DNA of 62,654 bases, the filler included, from Phoronis australis (taxonomy: Eukaryota; Animalia; Phoronida), in the NCBI GenBank assembly GCA_002633005.1. It is 4 parts of 4 records of this genome, joined end to end, with 100 filler letters (N's around TTAATTAATTAA, not from the genome) between each part and the next. Parts side by side here need not be neighbours in the genome. Positions count along the whole stretch, not along the records: positions 25,319 to 33,351 come from NMRA01000872.1; positions 33,452 to 58,991 come from NMRA01000423.1; 2 more parts are not named here. One strand, 5' to 3'. Below the pieces are notes generated by a model. It was not told where the DNA came from and did no database searches. It saw nothing but the letters and a program-made list of their open reading frames with translations. Each line of letters begins with the position of its first letter. The first letter of the stretch is position 1. Made by a program: the position numbers and the translations under genes. Below, piece by piece: positions 25,901-39,764 of the stretch.

Positions 25901-28900
25901 GTACCTCGTTCATCTATGCTAAGTGCTCTGGGCTGCCGGTCTAGTTTGGCCACATACGTTTTGATAAAGTCGTGCGGCACTAACCGTGCCACGTGTCCGT
26001 GCAATAATCAATTTAAAGGTTTCATACGGTCAAGTGGCCGTAACAACCATCGTCGAGTGACCAAAACAGAATTAGGCCTACTTTTTCGGCTGGAATTACA
26101 AAGTTTCAACACGATCAACCACGATTTAAGCTGGGTAAGTTATGTACGTGAAATTACCTTTTTAAAAGGTAATTTCACGTAATTAAAGTTACTAAACATT
26201 TCAAAAAACTAAATAAACGTAATACACTGGAGAGCATTTGGTAATTAATATCCCAAATTCTCCACATAATAAACGAACACTTTTTTGCCATTCGGCTTTT
26301 GTTGTCACTCCTTCCTCAAATTCGCCCGTTCACGACAGTTCGTAAACAATGCCGGATAAATCAATTATTTTAATAACAGTGGTAACTGCGGTAGAGTTCT
26401 GTCAGTTTTCACTATTGTGTGGTGTAAAACTAACATACCCTTACCGGGAATTTCCGTAGATAAGCCCATGGGCGTGTATTCGGAAAATTTACAAATATAC
26501 CTCCAACTGTCTAGACACTTGACACCCGCAAGTTGTAACACCAAATAAACATCCAATTGTCATAATTTTCCGAATAAACGCCCATGGGTGTTTCATCGGG
26601 TGGGCTTACCTACGGAAAACCCCGGTAGAAAAACACGTGCACGTAGTTCAACACAATTACCTGTTGACAATTTTTAACAAATACATGCAAAAAAAGCAGT
26701 TAAGTACTTGAATCTGATTTAACTCAAACATTGAGGCTACTGACAGAGCGTCTCAGAAAATTTGTCCGGCTCTATTGGTCGATTCCCAGGATGCCAATGA
26801 CCTGTTTTAAAGGTCGGGGTTCCATTTTTTCGGGCTTGTTAGCTGTTGTGAATTTGCGTTAGTCTGTTTTCGACTCCGGGATATCTGTTTTGCACCTGGA
26901 TTTCAATTTTGATGGAACACCTTGTCTATGGCGCGCGTACTTCTGATTGATTCCAGTGACACGGCCCGGCGTCTCTGGCATTTGTGGACAGGCAACTTCT
27001 CGTTTGCACGTACGGAGCAAAACTAATATATGTAGTTTACTCAACCCGCGCGTACAAGCTAGGGTCAAGCAATAATTGGTCGGACATCAAAACCACTTGC
27101 TCGGATTTCAAAATCTGCTGTAAGCCTATAGTGGCTGGACTGCAATCCCCAATGTTAGTTTTGGGTCCAGCCAAATTGTTTTCGGAGTAAGACACGCGTT
27201 TTGAAGTCCGGACAACACGTTTGATCACCGGTTATTTCAAATGATTTTGCAACCCAGACAAATGGTTTTGAAGTCCGGGTGAAGAGTGTTTTTGAAGTCC
27301 GACCACTTGTTGACCCCCCAACCCCTCTTTTTCGAGAAGTGTGTTACCAATTTTCTTCCAGTAACCAGCTTAATTTCCAGAATGGTGTCTTTGGTAATCT
27401 AGGAATTTCAGCTTTTGACACAAATGTACTCCTCGATCCGACCTTTCCCCCATTCGGCACTATGCGGGTCTACAATCGTGCTTTGCGCGACTGCTTAGGA
27501 GACAAAATGTTGCACCACCCGCCTCATGATATCCTAGATCCACCACTGTACTACACGTAACTTTGAGAAGTTTTTTTTTTAGTTAGGCCTAACAGTTTGT
27601 TTTTTCAAACTATATTTACTGGAGAAATTACACGTGTATTTCTGACCTTTCCACAGTCTCCCAAAATTAGCTTGAATCCGCTACCATTCACTGAAACTCG
27701 GACGAGACGATTAGCCCACACTCGGCTAGAAAAAAGACGATTTGTTACGATACTACACACCTGTAGGTCTTTGATTTGATTTGGTCGCGTTGTTTTTATT
27801 TTCTATTTTTGTCTTTCAAACTTGCTAAATCGATTCTCGTAATTGCATACACTGTACATGTAACAGAGAAGATCCAACCGAGCTCACGACCAGACTCGTT
27901 GGTCTTGCAAGTCCGCACTCTTAATGTATGTTCAGATCTAGTCGAGCTGTGGGTCGAGGGGGTCATGGATCGAGGGGATCTTGGTGTGTGGGGTCGAGAG
28001 GGAACAATGCCTAACAGTTTGCTAGCAGTGATTTGGAAGTGGACTCAACGTTTGTTATTTGCTAAGAGCGCGATCTGTCATTTTTCTGCTAACTCAGAAA
28101 CCGCGTCTCGTCTGCGCACAGTGAAGACGTTGAGGCCAATTTTATAGTGATTCGCGGTCATAACCCAAAACCTTGCTTCTTAAGCGGAACGTCGGTTTAT
28201 GGCAGCATTAAACTTGTTAGTCAGGGATGGGAGTTGAGGACAGCCAAGTGCGCGGGATAAATGGTGCTCAGAAATGAGATCAAAATGACACCTGTGTCAT
28301 CCAAAACGTAGGGGAGGATAAATTAGCAACAGTTCTGTAATAAGGGTCATTTTTTTTCGCTCGCGTCTAGTGTCAAGCGTGCACTTAGAGTGCATGCCTG
28401 TCACTGCTATTAATGTACATTGTTTGGTAGCAACCCAGTTCAATGAGTGGATTCATAGACTAGTAAGTGGACAGCCAACTCCGTATATTTTTACTGGACG
28501 AAGTACACCTGTATGTGATCTTACACATAAGCCGTCACGTCATTATTCACTAGTGACACCTGGCAAAAATAGCAAGCAAGACTTCCGTCAAGTACGTCGT
28601 CTGCTAACCGTGGTTGGCTGTTGCGTAGCCGTTTTTTCGGCCACACAAGCCAAATGTAAGTTTCTAAACACTGAAGCTTGAATTTTGCAATTACATGACC
28701 AGTAGCATTGCCAAAGGTACTCACGATACCAAAAGTTCTACTATTGGAACACTTTGAACAGCGTTGCAATGTCGAAATTAATTTTTTCGTTGTAGGCATA
28801 CTTGACAGTAAAATAGATGCGAGAATTTCCCATCGCGATATACTAAGCGGAAACTGAAATTGGTAATCTAGGAGGGTAGCACCTCCTCTACGAAAATATG

Positions 28901-31900
28901 CAAGAAACTTTCAGAGTTGCGAATCTATTGTCAAAAATCTATGGTGGATTTCAGTGTTTTTGTCAAAGCACAAAGTATAGAACTAATGCACGTGGGACTT
29001 AAAACAGACGCGAGACTAAGTCAAATTGCCCGTAGGCTTATATTAAAACATCTCATGCTAAACAAGCACGTGAGTTGACCTCTATATCCCACGTGAATTG
29101 TTACAGATTCAAGCCAATTAATTTTTTTCTAGTGCGTGATATGCTAACGTCAATGTAAACTTAACGAAAGAAGTTTATGATCCATCAGTAAGTTCATTTG
29201 ATGTATGTTGCGCTTGCTGGGTGCTATCAGAAACCAGTGTTCGGCAATCGCCAACTCAACTGTCAAGCTCAAGCTGTCTCTCATTGATTCGTTTTGAGTG
29301 CATGCATGAACACACGGGACACTATTGATATTCTGTGTTAGTGCATGCTTTGAAATGGTTTTAAGGCTAGATATTTCAATATTTTTTAAAATTCACATCT
29401 GATGTTTGCCCTCAAATCTTTATATCAACACTGATTGTTTTTCGACAAGTATGCTGAAAAAAAAAAAACTTTCTGATAATTGATGCACAAGCACCGTGCA
29501 CGAATTAAACAAACGATTTGAAACTCACTTGTGGAGCATTGACAGAAACAAAATGACGTTTCGGTGTACATGTCCTATGAAGCTTTAGTGCAAAGCTGTT
29601 CAGTCAATGCAGTCATAGACTATAGTACAGTTGTCTATAATCTATGGTGCTGGAGTAGCCGGCCAGCTAGCTGTATGAAGACTATCGACCGCCCTGAGCG
29701 AGTTTTTATTTTCATAAAAACAGTTGATGGAAATAATGTCGTTTTTTTACGATAGGCATACATTAAGTTCACTCAAAAACAGCAATTGACTAAACAAAGA
29801 TATTTTTGAACCAACGTAGCATCTTTATCGTCGCAAACGCAAAGGTTCAACTTTTTGGTGAGAAATGCACGATTGAGTTTAAAGCATGTTTTTCTTAAAC
29901 GGTTTGTTACTAAAAGTTATCCGGTTCATGTAAATTTATCTTTTTAAGTAGGCACTATTTTGGGGACGTTTTTTTTTTTGGGGGGGGGTGTAATGTTTAT
30001 AAATAGCCAATAGATGTCAACCTTCATGTAAGCCTAGGCTTTGCAATTAAAAAGCAAACGTAAGTTTTTAATCTGGATGTTAGCTAGTATGCAAGCACAT
30101 TCATTCATACGTAGAGCTGGCCTAGTCAAGAATGTTCACCGCATTAACACATGTAGCGAGTCGCATAATGTACCAGTGCGTATGATTTATTGATGGGGTG
30201 CGGGATGAGTTTCAATCTCAAGCATGGTTTTCCTCACTTTGTTAGCGTATAAGCGAAAGCGCCTGATTCCGTATATAAGCGTAGTTTCGAATGTAAGCGC
30301 CTGAGCCTAGAAATCACGCTCCTATACGGTAAAAACGTTATACTTATCTGCAATTGAATTTCGAATGAAAAGTTGACACTTAAAAATACTAGTAACTTTC
30401 GCAGAAACTTCCATTCTGGCACACGTCTGAATTACAGTTTAATGTTCAGATTGATTTGCAATGCAAACATATGTTGTACACGTAGAATATTTAACAGCGA
30501 GGCACAGCAAATCGATCATCACTTGACGTCCGACTTGGCTCAGTCGGAAGAGATTTAGAGGTCTAAAGTTTCGAAAATTTGGACACAAACATTATTGTAC
30601 GCGTTTTTATACATCCGCAAATGACGAGTGGTGATGTCATAATGTAGGAATTACCCTAACAGTGTTTAGGCACTGGAGACGTCGTTTGATGATTGTTATA
30701 TTAAAATGCTGCGTTCGCGAAAACCCCCACACTCTGAAAATGATGCCCCTCGGCAATTAGAATTTTTGCAAAATAGAAAAGGGGACGATGCATAGATGAC
30801 TCTTTTAAAGAAGCATCATTGATTATCGAATTTCTCTGATTAGCTGTGCAGCATATGTTTAGACAACCTACATTATCCAGGTACTGAGCAGTTACTTAAA
30901 CTGGCTACATTTGACCGTCTACTACCATTTTATACCACAATATTAGCGTCAAATGGCAGATACAACCGTGTAATAACCCATAGAGTTATCTCACTAGTGA
31001 GATATNCGCCCCTCGGGCGATATTTCTCCAAAATCCACTCGGGCTCTAGATAACGGGGGATAACGACTTCGCCATGTAATAATCTATATTTATTAAGTGT
31101 ATTAATTAACAGTACACATGACCGCCGACCATTTTGTTAATTATAGCAGGAAGAGATCTCTTCCTGCTTATAGTAAGCTCACTATACGTGACCATCTACC
31201 AGTTTGTCAAATATAGTAAATTGACTACATGCATTTGTCTACCATTTTGTTATTTAAATTGAGCTCACTACATTTGACCGTCCAGCATTTTGTTAATTAC
31301 AATAATCTGGCTACACGTGACTGTCTACCATTTTGTTACAAGATTACAAAACCCGGCCTTGGCCTATTTTCTCATACAGTTCCCATACAGTTCCTTGAAA
31401 CAAAGTAACGCTCTGTAACCCTCTACAACCTTCAAAAGTTTGGGGGAAAATTTGAAAACTCCTTTCAAAGTTTGCTAAACGGGCAAGCGTGACATATGCT
31501 TTTAGCGAATTACACGGCAACTGTGGGGAAAAATCTCCCTGCACCCCGGACAACAATATCCAATCTGTGAGATTTTAGTTGATTCCTGCCTTTAAGTTGG
31601 AAGATTGATGCCAATAATGCATGTGCAGGTGACAGAACGAAGATTGGTGGAAATCATCAAGATTTAGTATCCTTTCTGTATACAGTAATTAACCGACTAC
31701 ACGTGACTGCCTACCATTTCATTAAATATGCAAAATGTAGTAAACACTCTGATAATAGTTTAAAAAAAACTTGCTCCTCTGTTTTACACAAATTTCCACA
31801 TATACATGATATGGCACATCACTGTCATGGTCTGTGCGATACATTTTTTTAGATTTGTCCCTTGCGTTCTATTTGCAGGTTTTGGGTGACCTAGGTGTCC

Positions 31901-34900
31901 CATGCCCGTCTTCGCATAAGACAACAGAAAATGCTGTCGATATGTCATTTATTAAGGCTACATGGACATATTTTCTTCGAAAATAACGACCAGCTCCTTG
32001 CGTCAGGCTAGATCCGCCAGCGCTATGATTGAGCGTGCGTGTACAGTCAAGCATCTATACGGAAACCGAAGTTGCTATTGGCAATATTTTTTGAAATTTT
32101 TGGGCATGGCCATCCTTGGTGCTAACAGTATGGGTTAAGACTGATATGAATGTTTAATGAAACGTTAAAAGAGAAAAAACCTCTTAACTTGATGCATACT
32201 TATTTCCAGTGACACACAGGGCCTCGCTGGTTCATGAAGTCGTCTTTATAGCAACCGCTATTGTGGAGATTGGTATGTGCCAAATTTGAGGCGAAATCAT
32301 TAACATTATCTGTCAATTGTAGCTTCGAGTTTGATGCGCATTTTAAAAGTCATTTGTTGTATAATGTCATCAAATTGTATGCACAGTTTTGTAAAACTAG
32401 GGATAGATTGAACTTGCAATTTGCCATGTTTAGCTGACTGAAAAAATCGAATTTGGCCCTTACTCTCTGAAGTCTGTCTCACAACATTTCGTAGCGTGGT
32501 ATGTTTTCCTTCCCTTACCAAATCAAGTCACAAGAATGTGAACGTGCAACAATTGCAAATTCGCAATTTTAGGTTTGGGAAAACCTGATAACATTTTAAG
32601 CATTCTTTGAAACGTTTCTCAGTGGTTTCGATGCTCTTGGGAAGGGAATAGAATCCCACCGACACCGATTGTATGAGAGTAAAAACCGATCCTCGCATTT
32701 ATCCAGCTAATCAGGGTGAAACCTTGCTTGAAATAGTTCTTTCGAACGGCGTTGAAACTAATATTTGATGACGCGAAACTACATGTAGCAATCTGACGCA
32801 TTTTGTTCCGAAAGTCAAAGTTTTCGTTGTTTTCCAAATCAAGTACTGTTCCAGTTGGATTACAAATTACTTTACACAAAGCGAAATCTCAAAACTAAAA
32901 AATAACGTAATGAGGAATCTTTAGGACATGTACACAGATTCTGCAATTGCTACCGCAAGCATTATATTTGCCATCGGCATTATCGTTTTGATTAGCAGTA
33001 GCTGAGTGTCAGAAGAAGTGGAAAATAGGCTCGTCATTGGTCTCTAGGTGGCATTGAAGTATAAGATGATCACATATTTAGAGACGTGGTGGGTTGTTTG
33101 CAGACGTTTCGACCTGGTCCGCCACGTCTTTGTCATTGAATGAGCGAAAGGCGGGAAATCCCTTATTCATTGATAAAGACCTGTTGGACCACGTCGAAAC
33201 GTCTACTAACAACCTACCACGTCTCTAAGGAAGTGATCATCTTATACTACAATCTTTGAATCGTTTGGACATGCACATTATTTTGTTTCTCATTTTATAA
33301 CAGCGAATGTTACGACTGTGTCCATCGCAAGCATACCAACAGCAACGAATCNNNNNNNNNNNNNNNNNNNNNNNNNNNNNNNNNNNNNNNNNNNNTTAAT
33401 TAATTAANNNNNNNNNNNNNNNNNNNNNNNNNNNNNNNNNNNNNNNNNNNNAGTGCGGTACTATTGTTCGTTTAAAATCAGTTTTGGCCGGTACCTCGAA
33501 AATCTAGTCTAGCTCAAATTTTTGATGGCATACCATGGTTGAGATTTTTGGGGGTTTCTGCCGGGCACAACCCAGAGTGTATTTTGTCTGTCATAGGGGT
33601 TTTAGTGATCTGTGACATGTATTGAATCACATGGAATTGGTTTTGTGTGGTACCTCGAATGTATGTGCTAGCTCATTTTTGGGGGGTCCTTTTTTGGCTT
33701 CTGCCGGACCCATTCCAGAGTGCAATTTGTCTGTCATGGGTCATTCGGTGTTCAGTGCGATATTATTGTTCGTTTTAAATCAGTTTTGGTTGGTACCTCG
33801 AATATCTAGTCTAGCTCATTTTTTGGGGTCTTTGTAAGGCCCCCAGGGGTCACACCCAGAGTGCAGACAACGGCAGACGTCCATTTCTGTACATACTGAG
33901 GTGGACTTTAAATGCTCCCGTGGTCAGATGTTGGTACCTCGTTCATCTATGCTAAGTGCTCTGGGCTGCCGGTCTATTATCCCGGGCAGTGACTCGGAAA
34001 CTGATCAGACATCACGAACATAAACCAGCCAAAGTTCAGTGGAAACTAAACTTCCAGTCAAGAAAATACTATACTAGTGAGCCAAAGTAATGTGCACGTG
34101 ATTATGTTGGTGAATTAGCCACGAAACTGCAAATCTACTTACTCGTCGGGGCCGCGAATTCACTCGGGTTCCGCTTTGGCCTCAGCACCGTCAGGGCAGA
34201 AGTTGTACATTGACAATCATTATTTGAGTAATGATGATGTAAATAAAGATTCCCCTAACACCTGGCCGTGGGATGGAAATCCAGTTGTTTCACAACAGTT
34301 TCTGCCAGCAAACACTAAATTAGCATTAGCTCACACGGCCTCGGTATCCCGTCAATTAGTTTTATTGCACCTAAAGCCGGTAACGCAGTGATTTATTCAT
34401 TGCTGGCTTCTCAAATCATTTGCACTCACAAACACTTCAAAGGCATTACAAATTGCATCTAATGAGATAGACTTTGTTTCAGTTTTATATAAGTACTGGT
34501 TAGGGTGAGAATAATTCATGAAACAGAACGCTCAGTAATAAACGCCAACATGGCAACTCGCAATCCCGACTTAGGACGAGCTAGATCTCATCAGTCCCGA
34601 CTTCGCAGGTGGATCGCTAAGTTTTACAGACTATCAATTCGAACAGGAATACAGTGATGAAGAAATACTAGGGAGGCGCCGTGAACAAGCTCAGACAACG
34701 AAATGTATGTAGTTATTTGGTAAGCCAGCATTCGTCAGGCACTGTCGACGTCTGCAGGCCACGGACACGGAGATGTTTCACGACCTCATACTTGCTACTT
34801 ACAGCGTACATTTCATTCTTCACTACAAAGAGCCACTTCCTAAGCATTTGGACTCTCGAGGAAGTAAAAAAAAACGATATACCCGGTTTGTTCGCAGTTT

Positions 34901-36874
34901 CATAGTTCATACAATCGGGAACGATGCACTGCAACATAGCGGCATTCACCCTGCATATGAACCACTGACGTCGCTAGCGTCGTTTCTAACCTTCCTCACA
35001 GGTTAACACGAAACCTCTTGGCAAGGTACGGTCGACCGTATCCGAGGCGATGTGGATATGGAGCGATTAAGACGGCAAAAAAGACTAATTAAATCGGGTG
35101 GCATTCTCCTTTAAAGCCTGCGAGCTTGCGCTCCGAACACTCTCGAATAAAATTCTACATTTAGAAACATGTAACGTTCAGGGGTCTTCAAAATGGTCAA
35201 TGTGCAAAACATATGCCTTTCCCGACACGAGCAAATGTTTCTTTGTCACAATCACAATGTATAGTACATGCAGTCAGTCTTGCAGTTGAAGTTATACAAA
35301 CCTGAGAGATGAGTAATGACATATCCATTAAGAACCCGTCACCCTGTTTCCCTTTTATAATGTGACAAAATCCACACATAAGCGAATGTGTGTGTAGGTG
35401 TGTGTGTGTGTGTGTATGTGTGTGTTTGTGCGTGCGTGCGTACGTGCGTCGCGTTAGTTTGTCTATGTGTGCGTGTGCACACGTACACAGACAGACTCAT
35501 TTATTTAGCAATAATAGAAAGACGCGGGAGCAGGCATTTTCAAGGACATTTCTGGTGACATTTTACATTTGTGCCTTTCAGATATTTTTGCATGCGCGAC
35601 ACTTTTTGCTCCCATTGCAAACCCTCGGCAGCTACATGTATTACAAGGGCGAACCCGAATACTGAAACTTACCTCGGAGCTTCTGCTATAAAGCTTCCCA
35701 TATCTGCACAGAATGTTCCCACAATAAACGCTTAAACTTCCAAATCGATAGATTCTGTCAGTTTCTGCCAAAATTGAACGAGTTTCTTGCCATAAAAATT
35801 TGCCAGTTTAATACAAAAACTGTTTTACTAAAGATGCATGTTTTCCGCTTTTTAGCCGTCATGTCATTTTAAAGATATGCGCCTATCAGGTAGGCCTACT
35901 CGGTATTCTAAAAGCCAAATACACCTCCGAAGTATACCAGTCTGTCTTTTACCCAAAGTAAGCAATTGAGACATTTTGGTACCGGAAAATACCAAGAGAA
36001 CGACACTGTATTACTAACCGATGTTAGGGATTTGTAAACATCATGGCTACAAGTCAAATCTATAGCAACTTTGGTCAGACCTCAAAAGTCAAGAACCAAG
36101 ACAAAGTACTAAAGCCAGACCTTCTACTGTCCGAGTTCAACCTGAATGGCGAATCAGTATATGAGACACTTTTTTGCATTGCATGGCAACTTACTTCACT
36201 CCCGTCCAAATACAATTTGCCCATGTCGCAAACCAATTTCCCACATTTTGTTAGGTATGAGTCTTGAAACGGGTGCATGGTTCTGCCTTCGTAATGACAC
36301 GGCGGTGATGGCGTTGGTGGCGATGGTGAAATGGTTGGCTTGCAATCGTAATTAGATGGAACCTGAATGAAATAACCAAACAGTCGCGCTGAAATCCTGT
36401 ATAACACACAAGGTTTGAGATCATCGTGGGAAAACTGAAAATGACACATTTTACATGCGTGCGAAAATCATGGACAGTGAAACGGGTTAAGTGTAACTCG
36501 ATCCTCGAATATAATGTAGTTTTACTAGTTAACAAGCCTGTTTTTATATACGTGTTAGAATGGAGGCCACTAAATATGGTTTGAGATAACCTTAAACGTA
36601 TAGGAGTTTCAATACAGGAAAGTAAAAACGCTCTTTCGAATCAATTTGCTTGTTCACTCACATAATTCTGGCAACAATCACTAGGGAAATAATGAATGCA
36701 TGCTGGAAAAGAAATGGAAAAATCAGACAAAATTTGAGAGTATCCATGCCGCAGTTCTTCTTCTTCTTCGTTTTCTTCTTTTTGGTTTAAGTGACCACAC
36801 CCTCTCCAGAGTAAATTGTCACTGTGTATCAACGAATATCAACAAAAGCGAGAACAACTATAACGGGTTTAAAA

Positions 36875-36929
<55 letters not shown>

Positions 36930-39717
36930 CATAGTGGACGTCATTTCAGAGGTCGTTGAACATAGCTAGATCGTTAACAGATAAGGCAGTCAGTAACCCG
37001 GTTCCCCAAATGGAGGCACTCCACTATGTTACTTCAGAAAGGCAGATAGCTTGATAACATGATAACAGAGATATCAAGAGATGGGCCTGATGTAATGCTG
37101 CCCGGCAAGCTATTCCAGTCCGCGGCTGTTCTAGGAAAGAATGTCTTTTTCCTGTTATCTGTCCCATTTATTGGAATACTATAATTGGATGACCTTCTGG
37201 TACAGATGCCCGAGGCAGCAAGATCTACGATAGGGGCAACATCAGAGTTGATGATCACCGATTTCTTATTATATTTGTAAAACATTTTCAGTCGACCGAT
37301 TTTGCGTCTGTTGCTGATAGTTAACATGGTCATTGGGCATCGCAAGTTTCGGCTCAATTTTTACGGGTGGAAAGGTGCACAAATATAAATTTACTTGATG
37401 GTGGTGGTGATGGACGGTACGTTAAAATCATCAGGGTACATTGAATGTGTAAACCGTATCGCCGATTTTAATTATCAACATTGTCGCCATGTTCCTATTA
37501 GAGGTCTTTAGATTCGACGTCGATATTGCAGTCGTTAGGCAGGAATGTTATTCATGCTTCACTTCTGTGAATTAAGCAGCACCGTGCCTTTGGTCAAAAA
37601 CAAGTATTGATTTAGGTCAATACCGTTATGGATTGATCTCACATTGTTCTATAGTCAGATTAAGTGTGCTTTCGGAGTTGGAAAAAATAGACAGTTCGTC
37701 AATTCTTCAGAACAATCTCATAACATTCGAGGTGCCTTACACGTTTGATCTAACTGAACCGACGGAGTCATGACACAATTGCAGGTATTGAAACGACTAC
37801 ATGTAAATGAAGCTTGCTGACTTTGTAGACCCGTGCAAGATCACGCAAGACTTCGCCGTCTAAAAGTTTCGCTTGATCGTTCTAGCTTTACGTGGGAATT
37901 CTTGCGTTCCCAGATTAAAGATGGATAATTTTTAATGTACGTCTAAGGCCTAATGATTCCTGTCACTGAGGTTTTAGTCCAGTCATTTTTAAATTGTCAG
38001 GGGTTCAATAAATGTTGTCTCCAAAAGCCTACCTCTACACCGTTAAGAAACAGCTTGCTCATGTTGCACACTAGTTGTCCACATCCAGTCAACAGGGTAT
38101 CACGGAATGGGTGTAATCTTTTGTCGTTATAGTAACACGGTTCTGGTAACGGCGGTAGAGTTGGAGCGCACTCGTAGTCGTCCGGAACCTGTATGAGGAA
38201 ACAAAACACATCAGTTGAATCCATAACAACGGGCAACTTTGAAACACAGTGGTTGTTATTGCATTGTGGGTACTTTATTCAGATTATCACATGTCATGTT
38301 CATAACTTTTTGCACACGCCATCTACATGTACAGTACATGGACGTAGGGATTCAAATGTGTGTTTTCTGCTCATCGTTGTATGGGTTAGTCATGGAAATT
38401 AGATATTGCTGAGGATGTTTAGAAATTCTAATGTAAAGCTACTGATATCCTCTTCGTTTTTCAAAATCGTTGAACTTGTTGTATATAAGTGGTTGCCTTC
38501 AGGAAACTTTAAATAGTAATAACAACGCATTACGTCCACTCACTACAGTACATTCTTCAAAAGAGTGAACATTTCAAAATAAACGCTTAAACTTCCACAG
38601 ATCGATCGATTCTGTCAGATTCTTCCAAAATTGAACTAGTTTCTTACCATAACAGTTTGGCAGTTTAATACAAAAACTGTTTTAATAAAGAAGCATTTTT
38701 TCCGCTTTTTAGCCGTCATGTCATTCTAAAGATGCGCCTATCAGGTAGGCCTACTCGGTATTCTAAAAGCCAAATACACCTCAGTCTGTCTTTTACCCAA
38801 AGTAAGCAATTGAGACATTTTGATACCGGAAAATACCAAGAGAACGACATTGTATTATTAACCGATGTTAGGGATTTGTAAACATTATGGCTACAAGTCA
38901 AATGTATAGCAACCTGAGTAAGACTTCAGAAGTCAAGAACCGAAGACAAAGTACTGAAGCCAGACCTTCTACTGTCCGAGTTAAACCTGAATGGCGAATC
39001 AGTATACGAGACACTTTTTTGCATTGCATGGCAACTTACTTCACTCCCGTCCAAATACAATTTGCCCATGTCGCAAACCAATTTCCCACAACTTGTTAGG
39101 TATGAGTCTTGAAACGGGTGCATGGTTCTGCCTTCGTAATGACACGGCGGTGATGGCGTTGGTGGCGATGGTGAAATGGTTGGCTTGCAATCGTAATTAG
39201 ATGGAACCTGAATGAAATAACCAAACAGTCGCGCTGAAATCCTGTATAACACACAAGGTTTGAGATCATCGTGGGAAAACTGAAAATGACACATTTTACA
39301 TGCGTGCGAAAATCATGGACAGTGAAACGGGTTAAGTGTAACTCGATCCTCGAATATAATGTAGTTTTACTAGTTAACAAGCCTGTTTTTTATATACGTG
39401 TTAGAATGGAGGCCACTAAATATGGTTTGAGATAACCTTAAACGCATAGGAGTTTCAATACAGGAAAGTAAAAACGATTTTTCGAATCGATTTGCTTGTT
39501 CACTCAAATAATTCTGGGAACAATCACTAGGGAAATAATGAATGCATGCTGGAAAAGAAATGGAAAAATAAGACAAAATTTGAGAGGATCCATGCCGCAG
39601 TTCTTCTTCTTCGTTTTCTTCTTTCTGGTTTAAGTGACCACACCCTCTCCAGAGTAAAATGTCGGTGTGTATCAACGAAGATCAACAAAAGCGAGAACAA
39701 CTATAACAGGTTTAAAA

Positions 39718-39764
<47 letters not shown>

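Larger units (their letters stand above)
35723..37363. repeat. Segmental duplicate B (copy of 38578-40168), carrying a module exon
   Basis: Collinear high similarity including the exon, the (AT)n tract and the LINE fragment. Confidence 0.93.

Noticed and set aside
35505-35771. 88-aa ORF containing CGNILCRYGKLY as a separate gene
   Set aside because: It is the truncated copy of exon 1 at a duplication junction, with no signal peptide or compatible acceptor.
37550-37660. Possible Crypton tyrosine-recombinase fragment (QYRYGLISH)
   Set aside because: The match is too short and degenerate.
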